In this document: piece after piece, positions 6,938-16,219 of the stretch
How the letters are laid out: every line of letters begins with the position of its first letter
How positions within the stretch are numbered: the first letter of the stretch is position 1
IMG/VR virus record: IMGVR_UViG_3300010293_000036
Span: 1-24,484 of that record
Source: a virus
Taxonomy: Duplodnaviria > Caudoviricetes
Direction: 5' to 3' (one strand)
Length of the DNA: 24,484 nt
Program-made: the position numbers and the translations under genes
Notes under the pieces: generated by a model
Seen by the model: the letters and a program-made list of their open reading frames with translations, nothing else
The model's database searches: none
Told to the model about the DNA's origin: nothing

Positions 6938-9016
6938 ATGGCCCGAATGTCAAAAGCCGAGCGCCACGCGCAAATCCACTATGAAGCCATGGTGGAGTTC
7001 GACAACATCCAGTCCGCCTTGCGCGACGAACGGTTGCAGTGCCTCCAAGACCGCCGCTTCTACTCGATCGCTGGTGCCCAGTGGGAAGGTCCGCTGGCCA
7101 AGCAGTTCGAGAACAAGCCGAAGTTCGAGGTTAACAAGATTCACCTGTCGGTCATTCGCATCATCAACGAGTACCGCAACAACCGCATCACCGTCGACTT
7201 TGTGAGCAAGGAAGGCGCAGAGTACGACAAGCTGGCCGACACCTGCGACGACCTGTACCGCGCCGATGAACAAGACAGCGTGGCCGATGAGGCCTATGAC
7301 AACGCCTTTGAGGAGGCCGTGGCTGGCGGCATCGGGGCTTGGCGCCTGCGGACTGAGTACGAGAACGACGAGGATCCAGAAGACGAGCGCCAGCGCATCC
7401 GCATCGAGCCGATCTTCGACGCCGACAGCTCGGTGTTCTTTGACCTGAACGCCAAGCGGCAAGACAAGTCCGATGCCAAGCGCTGCTTCGTGCTGACCGC
7501 CATGACCCGCGATGCTTACGCCGAGGAGTGGGGCGACGACCCGGCCAGCTGGCCCAAGGAAGTGCACCAATGGGAGTTTGACTGGCTCACACCTGACGTT
7601 GTCTTCGTGGCCGAGTACTACCGCGTCGAGGAGACCCGTGAAACTGTGCAAGTGTGGCAAGATTTGGCTGGCGGCGAGGAGCGCTACTTCGATGGCGACT
7701 TCGAGAAGGATCCGGAGCTGCTGACTAAGCTCGAGGCTGTTGGCAGCAAGCTGGTCCGCACCAAGCAGGTCAAGCGCCGCAAGGTGCGCAAGTACATCCT
7801 GAACGGCGCCCGTGTGCTCGAGGACTGCGGCTACATCGCCGGCAAGTACATCCCCATCGTTGTGGTGTATGGCAAGCGCTGGTTCATCGACAACGTCGAG
7901 CGCTGCATGGGTCACGTGCGCCTAGCCAAGGATGCTCAACGCCTGGCCAACATGCAACGGTCCAAGCTTGGCGAGATCAGCGCCTTGTCCTCGGTGCAGA
8001 AGCCGATCCTGACTCCTGAGCAGATCGCGGGCCACCAAGTCATGTGGTCTGAGGACAACATCAAGAACTACCCCTACCTGCTGATCAACCCGATCACTGA
8101 CATGAACGGCAACCAGACTCTTGCCGGTCCTGCCGCCTACACCAAGTCGCCTGACGTGCCTCCGGCCATGGCGGCTTTGCTGCAGATCACTGAGCAGGAC
8201 ATGCAAGACCTGTTGGGCAACCAGCAAGCGGCTGAGAAGCTCGAATCTAACATCTCGGGCAAGGCAGTTGAGCTGATCCAGAACAAGCTCGACATGCAGG
8301 CCTTCATCTACATGAGCAACTTCGCCAAGGGCGTCCAGCACTGCGGTGAAATCTGGCTCAGCATGGCCAAAGAGGTCTACGTCGAGGAAGGTCGCAAGAT
8401 GAAGGGCATCGGCGAGCAGGGCGAGATGAGCCAAGTCGAGCTGGTCAAGCCCATGATCGGCGAAGAAGGCGAGGTCGAAGTTGAGAACGACCTGTCTGAG
8501 GCTGAGTTCGACGTGGCTGTGCAGGTTGGCCCGTCCAGCTCCAGCAAGCGCGCCGCCACCGTCCGCGCCCTGACCGGCATGATGCAGATCACGCAGGATC
8601 CTGAGACGCTGCAGGTGCTGTCGGCCATGGCCATGATGAACATGGAAGGCGAGGGCATCACCGAGGTGCGTGACTACTTCCGCAAGAAGCTGCTGCGCCT
8701 GGGTGTCGTCGAACCGACTGATGAGGAGAAGCAAACCCTCATTCAGGAAGCTCAGAACGCCAAACCTGACGCCCAGACTCTGTACCTGCAGGCTGCGGCC
8801 CAGGAGGCTGAGGCCAACGCCCAACGTTCGCGTGCCGACACCGTGCTCACGGTCGCTAAGGCCGAGGAGACCAAGGCCAAGACCCTCAAGACCGTGTCTG
8901 AGGTCGACGCCATGGACCAGAAGCAGGCGCTGGAGGTCATTGACCGATTCGGCGTGGCACCGCAGCCAAGTCCAGAAGTTTCTGTGGTGGCGGTCGAACC
9001 GCCTCCGCAAGTATAA
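6938..9016 (+). CDS. P22-like portal protein, 692 aa
   Basis: Position after terL. Motifs GAQW, NKIH..V.RII, VFFD..AK..DKSDA..CF, YIPIVVVYGKRW.ID..E...GHVRLAKDAQRL.N, and a C-terminal helical barrel-like region. Confidence 0.93.
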   Translation: MARMSKAERHAQIHYEAMVEFDNIQSALRDERLQCLQDRRFYSIAGAQWEGPLAKQFENKPKFEVNKIHLSVIRIINEYRNNRITVDFVSKEGAEYDKLADTCDDLYRADEQDSVADEAYDNAFEEAVAGGIGAWRLRTEYENDEDPEDERQRIRIEPIFDADSSVFFDLNAKRQDKSDAKRCFVLTAMTRDAYAEEWGDDPASWPKEVHQWEFDWLTPDVVFVAEYYRVEETRETVQVWQDLAGGEERYFDGDFEKDPELLTKLEAVGSKLVRTKQVKRRKVRKYILNGARVLEDCGYIAGKYIPIVVVYGKRWFIDNVERCMGHVRLAKDAQRLANMQRSKLGEISALSSVQKPILTPEQIAGHQVMWSEDNIKNYPYLLINPITDMNGNQTLAGPAAYTKSPDVPPAMAALLQITEQDMQDLLGNQQAAEKLESNISGKAVELIQNKLDMQAFIYMSNFAKGVQHCGEIWLSMAKEVYVEEGRKMKGIGEQGEMSQVELVKPMIGEEGEVEVENDLSEAEFDVAVQVGPSSSSKRAATVRALTGMMQITQDPETLQVLSAMAMMNMEGEGITEVRDYFRKKLLRLGVVEPTDEEKQTLIQEAQNAKPDAQTLYLQAAAQEAEANAQRSRADTVLTVAKAEETKAKTLKTVSEVDAMDQKQALEVIDRFGVAPQPSPEVSVVAVEPPPQV

Positions 9017-9021
9017 GTTAT

Positions 9022-9051
9022 GCGGCACCCACCCAGCCGCTTCTTTGGGTG
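9022..9051 (+). promoter_or_regulatory. Putative H-type RNA pseudoknot in the scaffold gene leader
   Basis: Stem 1 GCGGC(9022-26)/GCCGC(9036-40). Loop CACCCA(9030-35) pairs with TGGGTG(9046-51). Confidence 0.5.
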
Positions 9052-9071
9052 AGTTGATACATGGGTCCACT

Positions 9072-9992
9072 ATGGGAAAAAAGGCAGTAACGGTCGAACC
9101 ACCGATCGTCGAGGACGATGAGGTTGCGACGCTCGATGACGAGCAGCAGAGCACCGAAGCTGGTGAGGGCGAGGAAGCGAAGGCGACCGAGCAAGCCGCT
9201 GGCGAAGGTGAGCAGCAAGTCGACGGGCAGGCAGCTGAGTCTGATGACGATGAAGTTGTGGTCTCGATTGGTGAGGAATCGCCGCCTCAAGACGAAGCAG
9301 CTCATGCACCTGAATGGGTACGAGAACTGCGCAAGAAGAACCGCGAAGATCAGCGTCGCATCAAAGAACTTGAAGACGAGTTGAAACGAGCCAAAGCACC
9401 TGCTGAGACCAAGCCGGCAGCGCTGGGCAAGAAACCAACTCTCGACGACTTTGACTACGACACTGAGAAATTCGAGCAGGAGTTGGCCGCCTGGTACGAC
9501 CGCAAGCGAGCAGCCGATGAGGCTGAGCGCAAAGCGCGTGAGAAAGAACAGGAAGCTGAGCAAGCTTGGAAGAAGAAGCTCGATGACTATGGCAAGGCGA
9601 AAGCCGAGCTCAAGGTCAAGGACTTCGATGACGCCGAGTTGGCCATGCAAGACCAGTTCAACGTCACGCAGCAAGGCATCATCGTGCAAGGAGCTGACAA
9701 CCCCGCTCTCGTGGTCTACGCGCTGGGCAAAAACCCGAAGAAGGCCAAGGAGCTCGCATCAATCACCGACCCCGTGAAGTTCGCTATTGCGGTCGGCAAA
9801 CTGGAGACTCAATTGAAAGTGACCAATCGCAAAGCACCGCCTCCGCCTGAAAAGACGCTCCAGGGAACTGGACCTAAATCTGGCGCGGTGGACTCAACCC
9901 TCGAGCGGCTCCGTGCCGACGCCGAGAAGACCGGAGACTACACCAAGGTCCTTCAGTACAAACGGCAGAAGCGCGAAGCAACCAAATCTTGA
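9072..9992 (+). CDS. Scaffolding protein, 306 aa
   Basis: Lies between portal and coat. Acidic N-terminus, coiled coils, basic C-terminal helix pair. Start set at ATG 9072 (MGKKAV) because the ORF-track start overlaps the portal gene. Confidence 0.85.
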   Translation: MGKKAVTVEPPIVEDDEVATLDDEQQSTEAGEGEEAKATEQAAGEGEQQVDGQAAESDDDEVVVSIGEESPPQDEAAHAPEWVRELRKKNREDQRRIKELEDELKRAKAPAETKPAALGKKPTLDDFDYDTEKFEQELAAWYDRKRAADEAERKAREKEQEAEQAWKKKLDDYGKAKAELKVKDFDDAELAMQDQFNVTQQGIIVQGADNPALVVYALGKNPKKAKELASITDPVKFAIAVGKLETQLKVTNRKAPPPPEKTLQGTGPKSGAVDSTLERLRADAEKTGDYTKVLQYKRQKREATKS

Positions 9993-10012
9993 TCTTGAAA
10001 TAGGAGCCAAAC

Positions 10013-11287
10013 ATGGCAAACGCATTTAGCAAAGAAGAACGCGTCGCGTTCGAAAACCTTCTGGAAGGCTTCCAGGACGCCCTGGTGCTGTCGCGCAACG
10101 TCAGCATCTACAACACCGACTCCACCATGATGGAGCGCACCAACAACGTCATCTGGCGTCCGATGCCGTACATCGCCCAGTCGATCAGCTCGACTCCCGG
10201 CGTGTCGATCGCAGGTTCGTACCAGGACATGACCCAGCTGTCGGTTCCGGCCACCCTCGGGTTCAGCCGCACCGTGCCTTGGACCATGACTGCTCTCGAA
10301 CTGCGCGACGCGCTGCAAGAGAACCGCCTGGGCGATGCTGCCAAGCAGAAGCTGGCCAGCGACATCAACCTCGCCATCATGAACGTGGCTGCTGCCCAGG
10401 GTTCCCTGGTGGTCGACGTCTCCGGTGCTGCCGGCGACTACGACGACGTGGCTCTGGCCGACTCGATCATGAACGAGCAAGGCGTGGTGAACTTCGACCG
10501 CTTCCTGGCCCTGTCTAGCCGTGACTACAACGGCCTGGCCGGCAACCTGGCGGCTGTGACCCGCAGCTTCGGCAACCAGAAGTCCGACCGCGCTTACGAG
10601 CGCAACTACGTCGGCATGGTGGCTGGCTTCGAGACCTACAAGATGGACTACGCCAACCGCATCGCTGCGGCCGGTGGTGGTGCCACCTTGATTGACACTC
10701 AAGCCGCAGCCAACAACTACCTGGTGCCGTCTGCCACCTCGACCGCCCTGACTGGCGAAACCCAGAACGTGGACAACCGCTTCCAGACCATCACCGTGGA
10801 CAACACTGGTGGCATCGTGGCTGGTGACGCGTTCACGATCGACGGTGTCGAGGCTGTGCATCACATCACCAAGCAGTCGACTGGCCAACTGAAGACCTTC
10901 CGCGTCGTTCAAGTTGTCGACGGTACCCATCTGGTCATCACCCCGGGTATCATCAGCAACCAGGGTGGCACGGACGCCGAAGCTCAGTACCAGAACTGCA
11001 TCGTGACTCCTGCCGCAGCCGCGCCGTTCACCTGGCTCAACGCCAACGCCACGAACATCAACCCGTTCTGGCAGCGTGACGCGCTGGAGATCCTGCCCGG
11101 CCGCTACGCCGTCCCGACCGATGCAGGCACCGCAGTGATGCGCGCCAGCACCGACCAGGGCATCGAGCTGGTCATGCAGAAGTGGTACGACATCAACAGC
11201 ATGACGACTCTGTACCGTCTCGACACGCTGTTCGGTGTGGTCAACAAGCAGCCTGAGATGAGCGGCATCCTGCTGTTCAACCAGTAA
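10013..11287 (+). CDS. P22-like major capsid (coat) protein, 424 aa
   Basis: AGGAG SD and strongly biased codons. Motifs MAN.FSKEE.V.FE, WRPMPYIA, AGDAFTI.GV (insertion domain), RLDTLFGV...QPEM.GI. Confidence 0.95.
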   Translation: MANAFSKEERVAFENLLEGFQDALVLSRNVSIYNTDSTMMERTNNVIWRPMPYIAQSISSTPGVSIAGSYQDMTQLSVPATLGFSRTVPWTMTALELRDALQENRLGDAAKQKLASDINLAIMNVAAAQGSLVVDVSGAAGDYDDVALADSIMNEQGVVNFDRFLALSSRDYNGLAGNLAAVTRSFGNQKSDRAYERNYVGMVAGFETYKMDYANRIAAAGGGATLIDTQAAANNYLVPSATSTALTGETQNVDNRFQTITVDNTGGIVAGDAFTIDGVEAVHHITKQSTGQLKTFRVVQVVDGTHLVITPGIISNQGGTDAEAQYQNCIVTPAAAAPFTWLNANATNINPFWQRDALEILPGRYAVPTDAGTAVMRASTDQGIELVMQKWYDINSMTTLYRLDTLFGVVNKQPEMSGILLFNQ

Positions 11288-11293
11288 GCAACT

Positions 11294-11335
11294 GAGGATG
11301 GGAGGCTTCGGCCTCTCTCCTCTCCATTAAGGAGA
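11294..11335 (+). terminator. UUCG hairpin after the coat gene without a U-tract, followed by a small hairpin over the next SD
   Basis: GAGGA-tg-GGAGGC-TTCG-GCCTCT-c-TCCTC, then TCTCC-attaa-GGAGA. Confidence 0.5.
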
Positions 11336-11340
11336 CCACC

Positions 11341-11514
11341 ATGCCGTTGAAAAAGGGTTACTCGCAGAAATCCATCTCAAGCAACATCAGCAAGGAGATG
11401 AAGGCCGGCAAGCCTCAAAAGCAAGCCGTGGCAATTGCATTGAGCACTGCACGTGAGGCGGCCAAGAAGGCCGGCAAACCAGGCAAGGCTCCGATGAAGA
11501 AGGGGAAGAAATGA
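11341..11514 (+). CDS. Small basic protein, 57 aa (MPLKKGYSQKSISSNISKEMKAGKPQKQAVAIALSTAREAAKK...)
   Basis: Below the ORF-track size cutoff. TAAGGAG SD and ATGA overlap with the next gene. The MPLKKG...PQKQAVAIAL pattern is one I recognise from phage head modules. Confidence 0.85.
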   Translation: MPLKKGYSQKSISSNISKEMKAGKPQKQAVAIALSTAREAAKKAGKPGKAPMKKGKK

Positions 11515-11927
11515 GTTTTCCATCACTCGTCTACCGTTGCCCTGGTCCACACCGGAAGCCAGGTCAAGGCACCTACGCCTACGCCCAGGTCAAGACTCAG
11601 GAAGAACTCGACGCCAAGCTTGCGTCTGGTTGGTTTGCCACCTTCGACGAGGCCAAAGAGGCCGCAGGCGAGGTTGCTCCGAGCAAGAAACCATCGAAAA
11701 AGTCTGGACGCCGCCTTAAACCGTCGCGCCCGCTTGATGGCGTGAACCGCCGACTGCTGCCCAAACCCACCGAGCAGACTCAAGAAGCCGTGGAAGAGGC
11801 CAAGGACGACCAACCTGCGACCCGCGATGAGCTTGAAGCCAAGGCCACTGAGCTCGGCATCGCGTTTACTGACAAGACAACTGACGCCAAACTGCTGAAG
11901 TTGATCACCAAACACCTGGAGAGCTGA
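11511..11927 (+). CDS. Hypothetical protein with a C-terminal HeH/LEM-like helical domain, 138 aa
   Basis: TRDELEAKATELGIAF...DAKLLKLI tail; position between coat and the gp4-like gene. Confidence 0.7.
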   Translation: MSFPSLVYRCPGPHRKPGQGTYAYAQVKTQEELDAKLASGWFATFDEAKEAAGEVAPSKKPSKKSGRRLKPSRPLDGVNRRLLPKPTEQTQEAVEEAKDDQPATRDELEAKATELGIAFTDKTTDAKLLKLITKHLES

Positions 11928-11928
11928 T

Positions 11929-12411
11929 ATGGGCTGGACTAAGCGCCAATTCGTGACGCAAGCATTTGAAGAAATCGGGCTGGCTGCTTACGTCTTCGAC
12001 CTGCAGCCTCAGCAACTTGACAGCGCCCTGCGCAAACTCGACGCTATGATGGCTTTGTGGAATGGCAAGGGCATCCGGTTGGGTTACCCGCTGCCGTCGA
12101 GTCCACAAGACAGCAACCTTGATGAGGAAACCCTGGTCCCCGACTCAGCCAACGAGGCCATTTACACCAACTTGGCCCTGCGGATTGCCGGAGGTCTTGG
12201 CAGACAGCCTCAGGACGTGACCAAAGCGGCCGCCAGGGCTGGTTACGAGGTCTTGCTCTCACGAGCTGCCATGCCGATGGAACAGCAGTTCCCTGGGACC
12301 CTTCCTGTTGGCGCAGGGAACAAACCTTGGAACAACTACGACAACCCGTTTGTCAACCCGCCTGTGGACCCGGTGCTTGCCGGCCAAGACGGTCCGATCC
12401 AATTCAACTAA
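11929..12411 (+). CDS. P22 gp4-like head-to-tail adaptor, 160 aa
   Basis: TK..FV..AF.EIG, ALRKLDAMMA.W...GI.LGY, AIYTNLALRIA, P.GAGN motifs; gene order. Confidence 0.85.
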   Translation: MGWTKRQFVTQAFEEIGLAAYVFDLQPQQLDSALRKLDAMMALWNGKGIRLGYPLPSSPQDSNLDEETLVPDSANEAIYTNLALRIAGGLGRQPQDVTKAAARAGYEVLLSRAAMPMEQQFPGTLPVGAGNKPWNNYDNPFVNPPVDPVLAGQDGPIQFN

Positions 12412-12420
12412 GGAGCTGTC

Positions 12421-12876
12421 ATGCCTCAAATCAATCAACTTCCGGTCCTCAGTCAGGTCTCGCCTGGCGACCAGATCCCTGTCTTTACGCCGAACAACGG
12501 CGACGCGCGCCGCCTGCCGATCAGCCAGCTACTGGCGTTCTTCCAGCAGTCATTCGCCAGCCCGACATTGTCGACCCAGTTCGCCACACCTGGCACTGGT
12601 TTCAACGTCGCCATCCAGACGCCTGTCAGCGAGCAGCAGTGGTTGATCATTCAGCCTGCCGGCACGCTGGCCACCGGCACAGTCACCCTGCCGCTGAACA
12701 CGCAGACGCCTGATGGCACCGAGGTGCTCATCACGACCACGCAGCAGATCACAGCCTTCACGCTGGCATTGAACGGGGCTGCTGCGGCGTTTGGCGCGCC
12801 CAGTACGTTGTCGGCCGAGGACTTCTTCCGTGTGCGCTACTACGCCAACACTAATTCTTGGTATCGGATTGCCTGA
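12421..12876 (+). CDS. Hypothetical, probably virion-associated beta-rich protein, 151 aa
   Basis: TAAGGAG SD; Thr/Gly/Ala-rich; lies within the structural operon. Confidence 0.7.
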   Translation: MPQINQLPVLSQVSPGDQIPVFTPNNGDARRLPISQLLAFFQQSFASPTLSTQFATPGTGFNVAIQTPVSEQQWLIIQPAGTLATGTVTLPLNTQTPDGTEVLITTTQQITAFTLALNGAAAAFGAPSTLSAEDFFRVRYYANTNSWYRIA

Positions 12877-12878
12877 TC

Positions 12879-13166
12879 ATGGCCACCAAGAAAGATCCTC
12901 GACTGGACCGCGCAGGTGTGCAGGGTTTCAACAAGCCCAAGCGCACGCCTTCGCATCCTACCAAGTCGCATGTCGTCGTGGCCAAAGCTGGCGATCAAGT
13001 CAAGACCATCCGCTTCGGTCAGCAAGGCGTGTCTGGCTCGCCAAAACGCGAGGGCGAATCGAAGTCTGACAAGGCGCGTCGAGAATCTTTCAAGGCCCGT
13101 CATGCCAAGAACATTGCCAAAGGCAAGATGAGTGCTGCCTACTGGGCAGACAAAGTGAAATGGTGA
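12879..13166 (+). CDS. Small basic hypothetical protein, 95 aa
   Basis: Start at ATG 12879 directly after the upstream stop. KTIRFGQQG...RRESFKARH...SAAYWA is a recurrent viral motif of unknown function. Confidence 0.8.
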   Translation: MATKKDPRLDRAGVQGFNKPKRTPSHPTKSHVVVAKAGDQVKTIRFGQQGVSGSPKREGESKSDKARRESFKARHAKNIAKGKMSAAYWADKVKW

Positions 13167-13171
13167 CCTGA

Positions 13172-14575
13172 ATGCAAATCCCAATCGTCAACGGCATCTA
13201 CACTGACAACGGACCTGACCTGCGCACGTCGTATCCGGTCAACATGGTGCCCACACCGAAGAAGCAGGGCGTCAGCAACGGCTACCTGCGCCCGGGCGAT
13301 GGCATTGTTGCCAACGGTTCTGGTCCTGGCGCGGATCGTGGCGGCATCAACTGGAACGGCACGTGTTACCGCGTCATGGGCACGAAGTTGGTAACAGTGG
13401 CCAGCAACGGCGCTGTGACGGTACTTGGTGACGTCGGTGGCCCAGTCAACACGTTGGTGACGATGGACTACAGCTTTGACCGCCTGGCCATCGCCTCTGG
13501 TGGCCGCCTGTACTACTGGAACGGCGCGCTCACACAGGTGACCGACCCAGACCTGGGCGTGGTGCTCGACTTCTGCTGGGTCGACGGCTACTTCATGACG
13601 ACTGACGGGACCAACCTAGTCGTCACCGAGCTCAATGACCCGACGCAGGTCAACCCGCTCAAGTATGGCTCGTCTGAGGTCGACCCAGATCCGGTAGTTG
13701 CCCTGCTCAAGTTGCGCAACGAGGTCTACGCGCTGAACCGCAACACCATCGAAGTATTTGACAACGTCGGCGGTGACTTCTTCCCGTTCCAGCGCATCGA
13801 CGGTGCTCAGATCCAGAAGGGTGTCATCGGCACCTTTGGTTGCTGCGTCTACATGGAGATGATCGCGTTCCTAGGCTCAGGTCGCAACGAGGCACCCGGC
13901 ATCTACATGGGTTCGAATGCTTCAGCCAACAAGATCAGCACGCAAGAGGTCGACGAGATCCTGTTGCAGTTCACTGAGGCCCAGCTAGCCGCCGTCAAGT
14001 TGGAAGCGCGCAACGACAAGAACCACCAGCATCTGTACGTGCACCTACCTGACCGCACGTTGGTCTATGACGCGGCCGCCTCGGCTGAGATGGAGGTGCA
14101 GGTCTGGTTTACGTTGACAACGACGATCGTGGGGTTCAGCCAGTACCGCGCGCGCAACCTGGTCTGGGCCTACGACAAGTGGTTAGTAGGCGATCCTCAG
14201 TCAAGCAACATCGGCTACCTTGACGACACCGTCGGCAACCACTGGGGCCAACCAGTGCGCTGGGAGTTTGGCACGACGATCGTGTACAACGAGGGCAATG
14301 GAGCCATCTTCAGCGAACTTGAACTTGTCGCCTTGACTGGTCGCGTCTCGCTCGGCGTTGACCCGATTATCACCACTAGCTACTCGCTCGACGGCTTGGC
14401 TTGGAGTCAAGATCAGTCCATTCGTGCCGGTAAGATCGGCCACAGTCTGAAGCGCCTGCTCTGGTTGCAGCAAGGGTTTATGCGCAACTGGCGGGTCCAG
14501 CGGTTCCGCGGTACGAGTGATGCCCACTTGGCATTCATGCGGCTTGAAGTTCAAGTCGAACCACTGGCGTACTGA
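13172..14575 (+). CDS. P22 gp10-like tail hub / packaged-DNA stabilisation protein, 467 aa
   Basis: Size, gene order and motifs PVNMVP.PK, GYLRP..GI, DRGG, YRVMGTKL, E.DPD.V, TIEVF.N.G. Confidence 0.9.
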   Translation: MQIPIVNGIYTDNGPDLRTSYPVNMVPTPKKQGVSNGYLRPGDGIVANGSGPGADRGGINWNGTCYRVMGTKLVTVASNGAVTVLGDVGGPVNTLVTMDYSFDRLAIASGGRLYYWNGALTQVTDPDLGVVLDFCWVDGYFMTTDGTNLVVTELNDPTQVNPLKYGSSEVDPDPVVALLKLRNEVYALNRNTIEVFDNVGGDFFPFQRIDGAQIQKGVIGTFGCCVYMEMIAFLGSGRNEAPGIYMGSNASANKISTQEVDEILLQFTEAQLAAVKLEARNDKNHQHLYVHLPDRTLVYDAAASAEMEVQVWFTLTTTIVGFSQYRARNLVWAYDKWLVGDPQSSNIGYLDDTVGNHWGQPVRWEFGTTIVYNEGNGAIFSELELVALTGRVSLGVDPIITTSYSLDGLAWSQDQSIRAGKIGHSLKRLLWLQQGFMRNWRVQRFRGTSDAHLAFMRLEVQVEPLAY

Positions 14576-14577
14576 TC

Positions 14578-15870
14578 ATGGCAACGCAAAAGCTCAACCT
14601 CACTCGCGACCAGCTCGCCACGTTCCTCAAGAACCACGAGCAGATCAAGCAATTCGAGAAGCTGTTTCAGATCGCCGACGAGATATCTCCGGCCACCGAT
14701 ACGCAGGGCATCGGCATCCAGGCAGGCAACGCTGACGCAGCGGCCAACGAGGCACTGGCCCAGATCGTCAGGTTGGCACAAGACGCTGCGATCAACAGCG
14801 GCGCGGCCGACCAGAAGGCTGTACAGGCCCTGGACATACTCGAACGCGTAGCTCAGGCGTTGGCCTACCTCGCAACAACTCCAGTCGTGCAGAACAACAA
14901 CTCGGTAGTGGCGGATTACGTTGATCTAAATGCAGCACCGCACGCCAATCGAATCCGCAGACTGGCGTGGAACTCAACCGACCAAGCGCCGGAGGTCGGA
15001 ATGGATTACGACGTGACTCAGCAGATCGGTCTGGAGTGGTACGCCCGTGTCGGAAATACCACAGGTGTCACGATCCCGAACGGCACGGTGGTCGGCTTTG
15101 CCGGTGCAACACCTAACGCGCTTCTTGTTGCCCCATACCTCGCCGACGGCTCTAGTCCGTCCCTGTACATCCTCGGCGTGATGACCCATGACCTGCCTGA
15201 CAGCGGCGAGAAAGGTTATGCAACAGTCTGGGGCTTCGTGCGCGACCTGGACACCAGCGCGTTCAGCGTTGGAGACATTCTCTACGCCAGTCCGTCCGTT
15301 GCAGGTGGCCTCACGAACGTCAAACCGACGGCGCCGAACAACGTCATCCCGGTCGCTGCATGCATCGTGTCTGATGCGGCTGCTGGAGTGATTTTTGCGC
15401 GTCCGACCATCGAACAGCAGAAATATTACGGCATCTTCACCAAGACGACAGACCAGACGCCGGCGGTGATCAACACCGAATACCTGCTGACGTTTGACAA
15501 CACGCAGATCAGCAACGGCGTGGCCATTGGCGCCCCGGCATCCAGGATCATTGTCCCAGAATCCGGCCTGTACAACTTCGACGCGACCGTGCAATTGACC
15601 AGCGGAAGTTCGTCGGCAAAGAACATCTGGGTGTGGTGGAAGAAGAACGGCGCAGCAGTGGCCAATTCTGCCCGCCTGGTGACTTCGGACGTCAACAATG
15701 GCTACATCCCGATTGCGCTGAGCGAGTTTTTCTCGCTGGCTGCCAACGACTACATCGAGTTGGCGTTCGCGGCAGACAGCACCAACGTGACTGTCGACAG
15801 CGTGGCTGCAACGGCATTTGCTCCTGCGTCTCCCGCAATCATCCTCAACGTCACTCAAGTTCAACAGTAA
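14578..15870 (+). CDS. Putative tail needle/fibre-like protein (gp26 position), helical N-terminus and beta-rich C-terminal domains, 430 aa
   Basis: Directly follows the gp10-like gene. Ala/Gln-rich helical N-terminus. C-terminal C1q/TNF-like pattern (L.FD...I.VPESGLYNF.ATVQ...L.ANDYIEL). Confidence 0.6.
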   Translation: MATQKLNLTRDQLATFLKNHEQIKQFEKLFQIADEISPATDTQGIGIQAGNADAAANEALAQIVRLAQDAAINSGAADQKAVQALDILERVAQALAYLATTPVVQNNNSVVADYVDLNAAPHANRIRRLAWNSTDQAPEVGMDYDVTQQIGLEWYARVGNTTGVTIPNGTVVGFAGATPNALLVAPYLADGSSPSLYILGVMTHDLPDSGEKGYATVWGFVRDLDTSAFSVGDILYASPSVAGGLTNVKPTAPNNVIPVAACIVSDAAAGVIFARPTIEQQKYYGIFTKTTDQTPAVINTEYLLTFDNTQISNGVAIGAPASRIIVPESGLYNFDATVQLTSGSSSAKNIWVWWKKNGAAVANSARLVTSDVNNGYIPIALSEFFSLAANDYIELAFAADSTNVTVDSVAATAFAPASPAIILNVTQVQQ

Positions 15871-15880
15871 GGAGAACATC

Positions 15881-16216
15881 ATGTCCGTTTCAGTCAAAAC
15901 CCTCATCGATGCCAAGCAGGCCGAGAACGCCCAGACCACCCAGTACACGGCTGTGAACTGCAAGACCATCATCGACAAGTTCACAGCCACCAACACCAGC
16001 GCCAACAACGTAACGCTGAGCGTAAATCTTGTGGGGTCTGGAGGGTCGCCAGGCGTCAGCAACCTCATTGTGGACGCCAGGACCGTGGCGCCTGACGAGA
16101 CCTACACCTTCCCTGAGCTTGTGGGCCAGGTGCTGGAGCCAGGCGACTTCATCTCCACATTAGCTGGCGCTGCCACGTCGCTCACAATCCGTGCCAGCGG
16201 CCGCGAAATCACCTGA
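15881..16216 (+). CDS. Hypothetical virion-associated protein, 111 aa
   Basis: TAAGGAG SD before ATG 15881 (MSVSVKTLI); beta-rich composition. Confidence 0.8.
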   Translation: MSVSVKTLIDAKQAENAQTTQYTAVNCKTIIDKFTATNTSANNVTLSVNLVGSGGSPGVSNLIVDARTVAPDETYTFPELVGQVLEPGDFISTLAGAATSLTIRASGREIT

Positions 16217-16219
16217 GTA

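Noticed and set aside
8670-9071. ORF-track extension of the scaffold into the portal gene; possible portal-scaffold frameshift fusion or stop read-through driven by the pseudoknot
   Set aside because: The scaffold frame is +1 relative to portal and there is no slippery heptamer. Read-through hits TGA after 11 codons. Open alternative frames are expected at this GC content.
5897-10930. Long antisense ORFs over terL, portal and coat (340, 321, 410, 325 aa), and similar ones over other genes
   Set aside because: Shadow ORFs of GC3-biased genes, with no recognisable motifs or expression signals.
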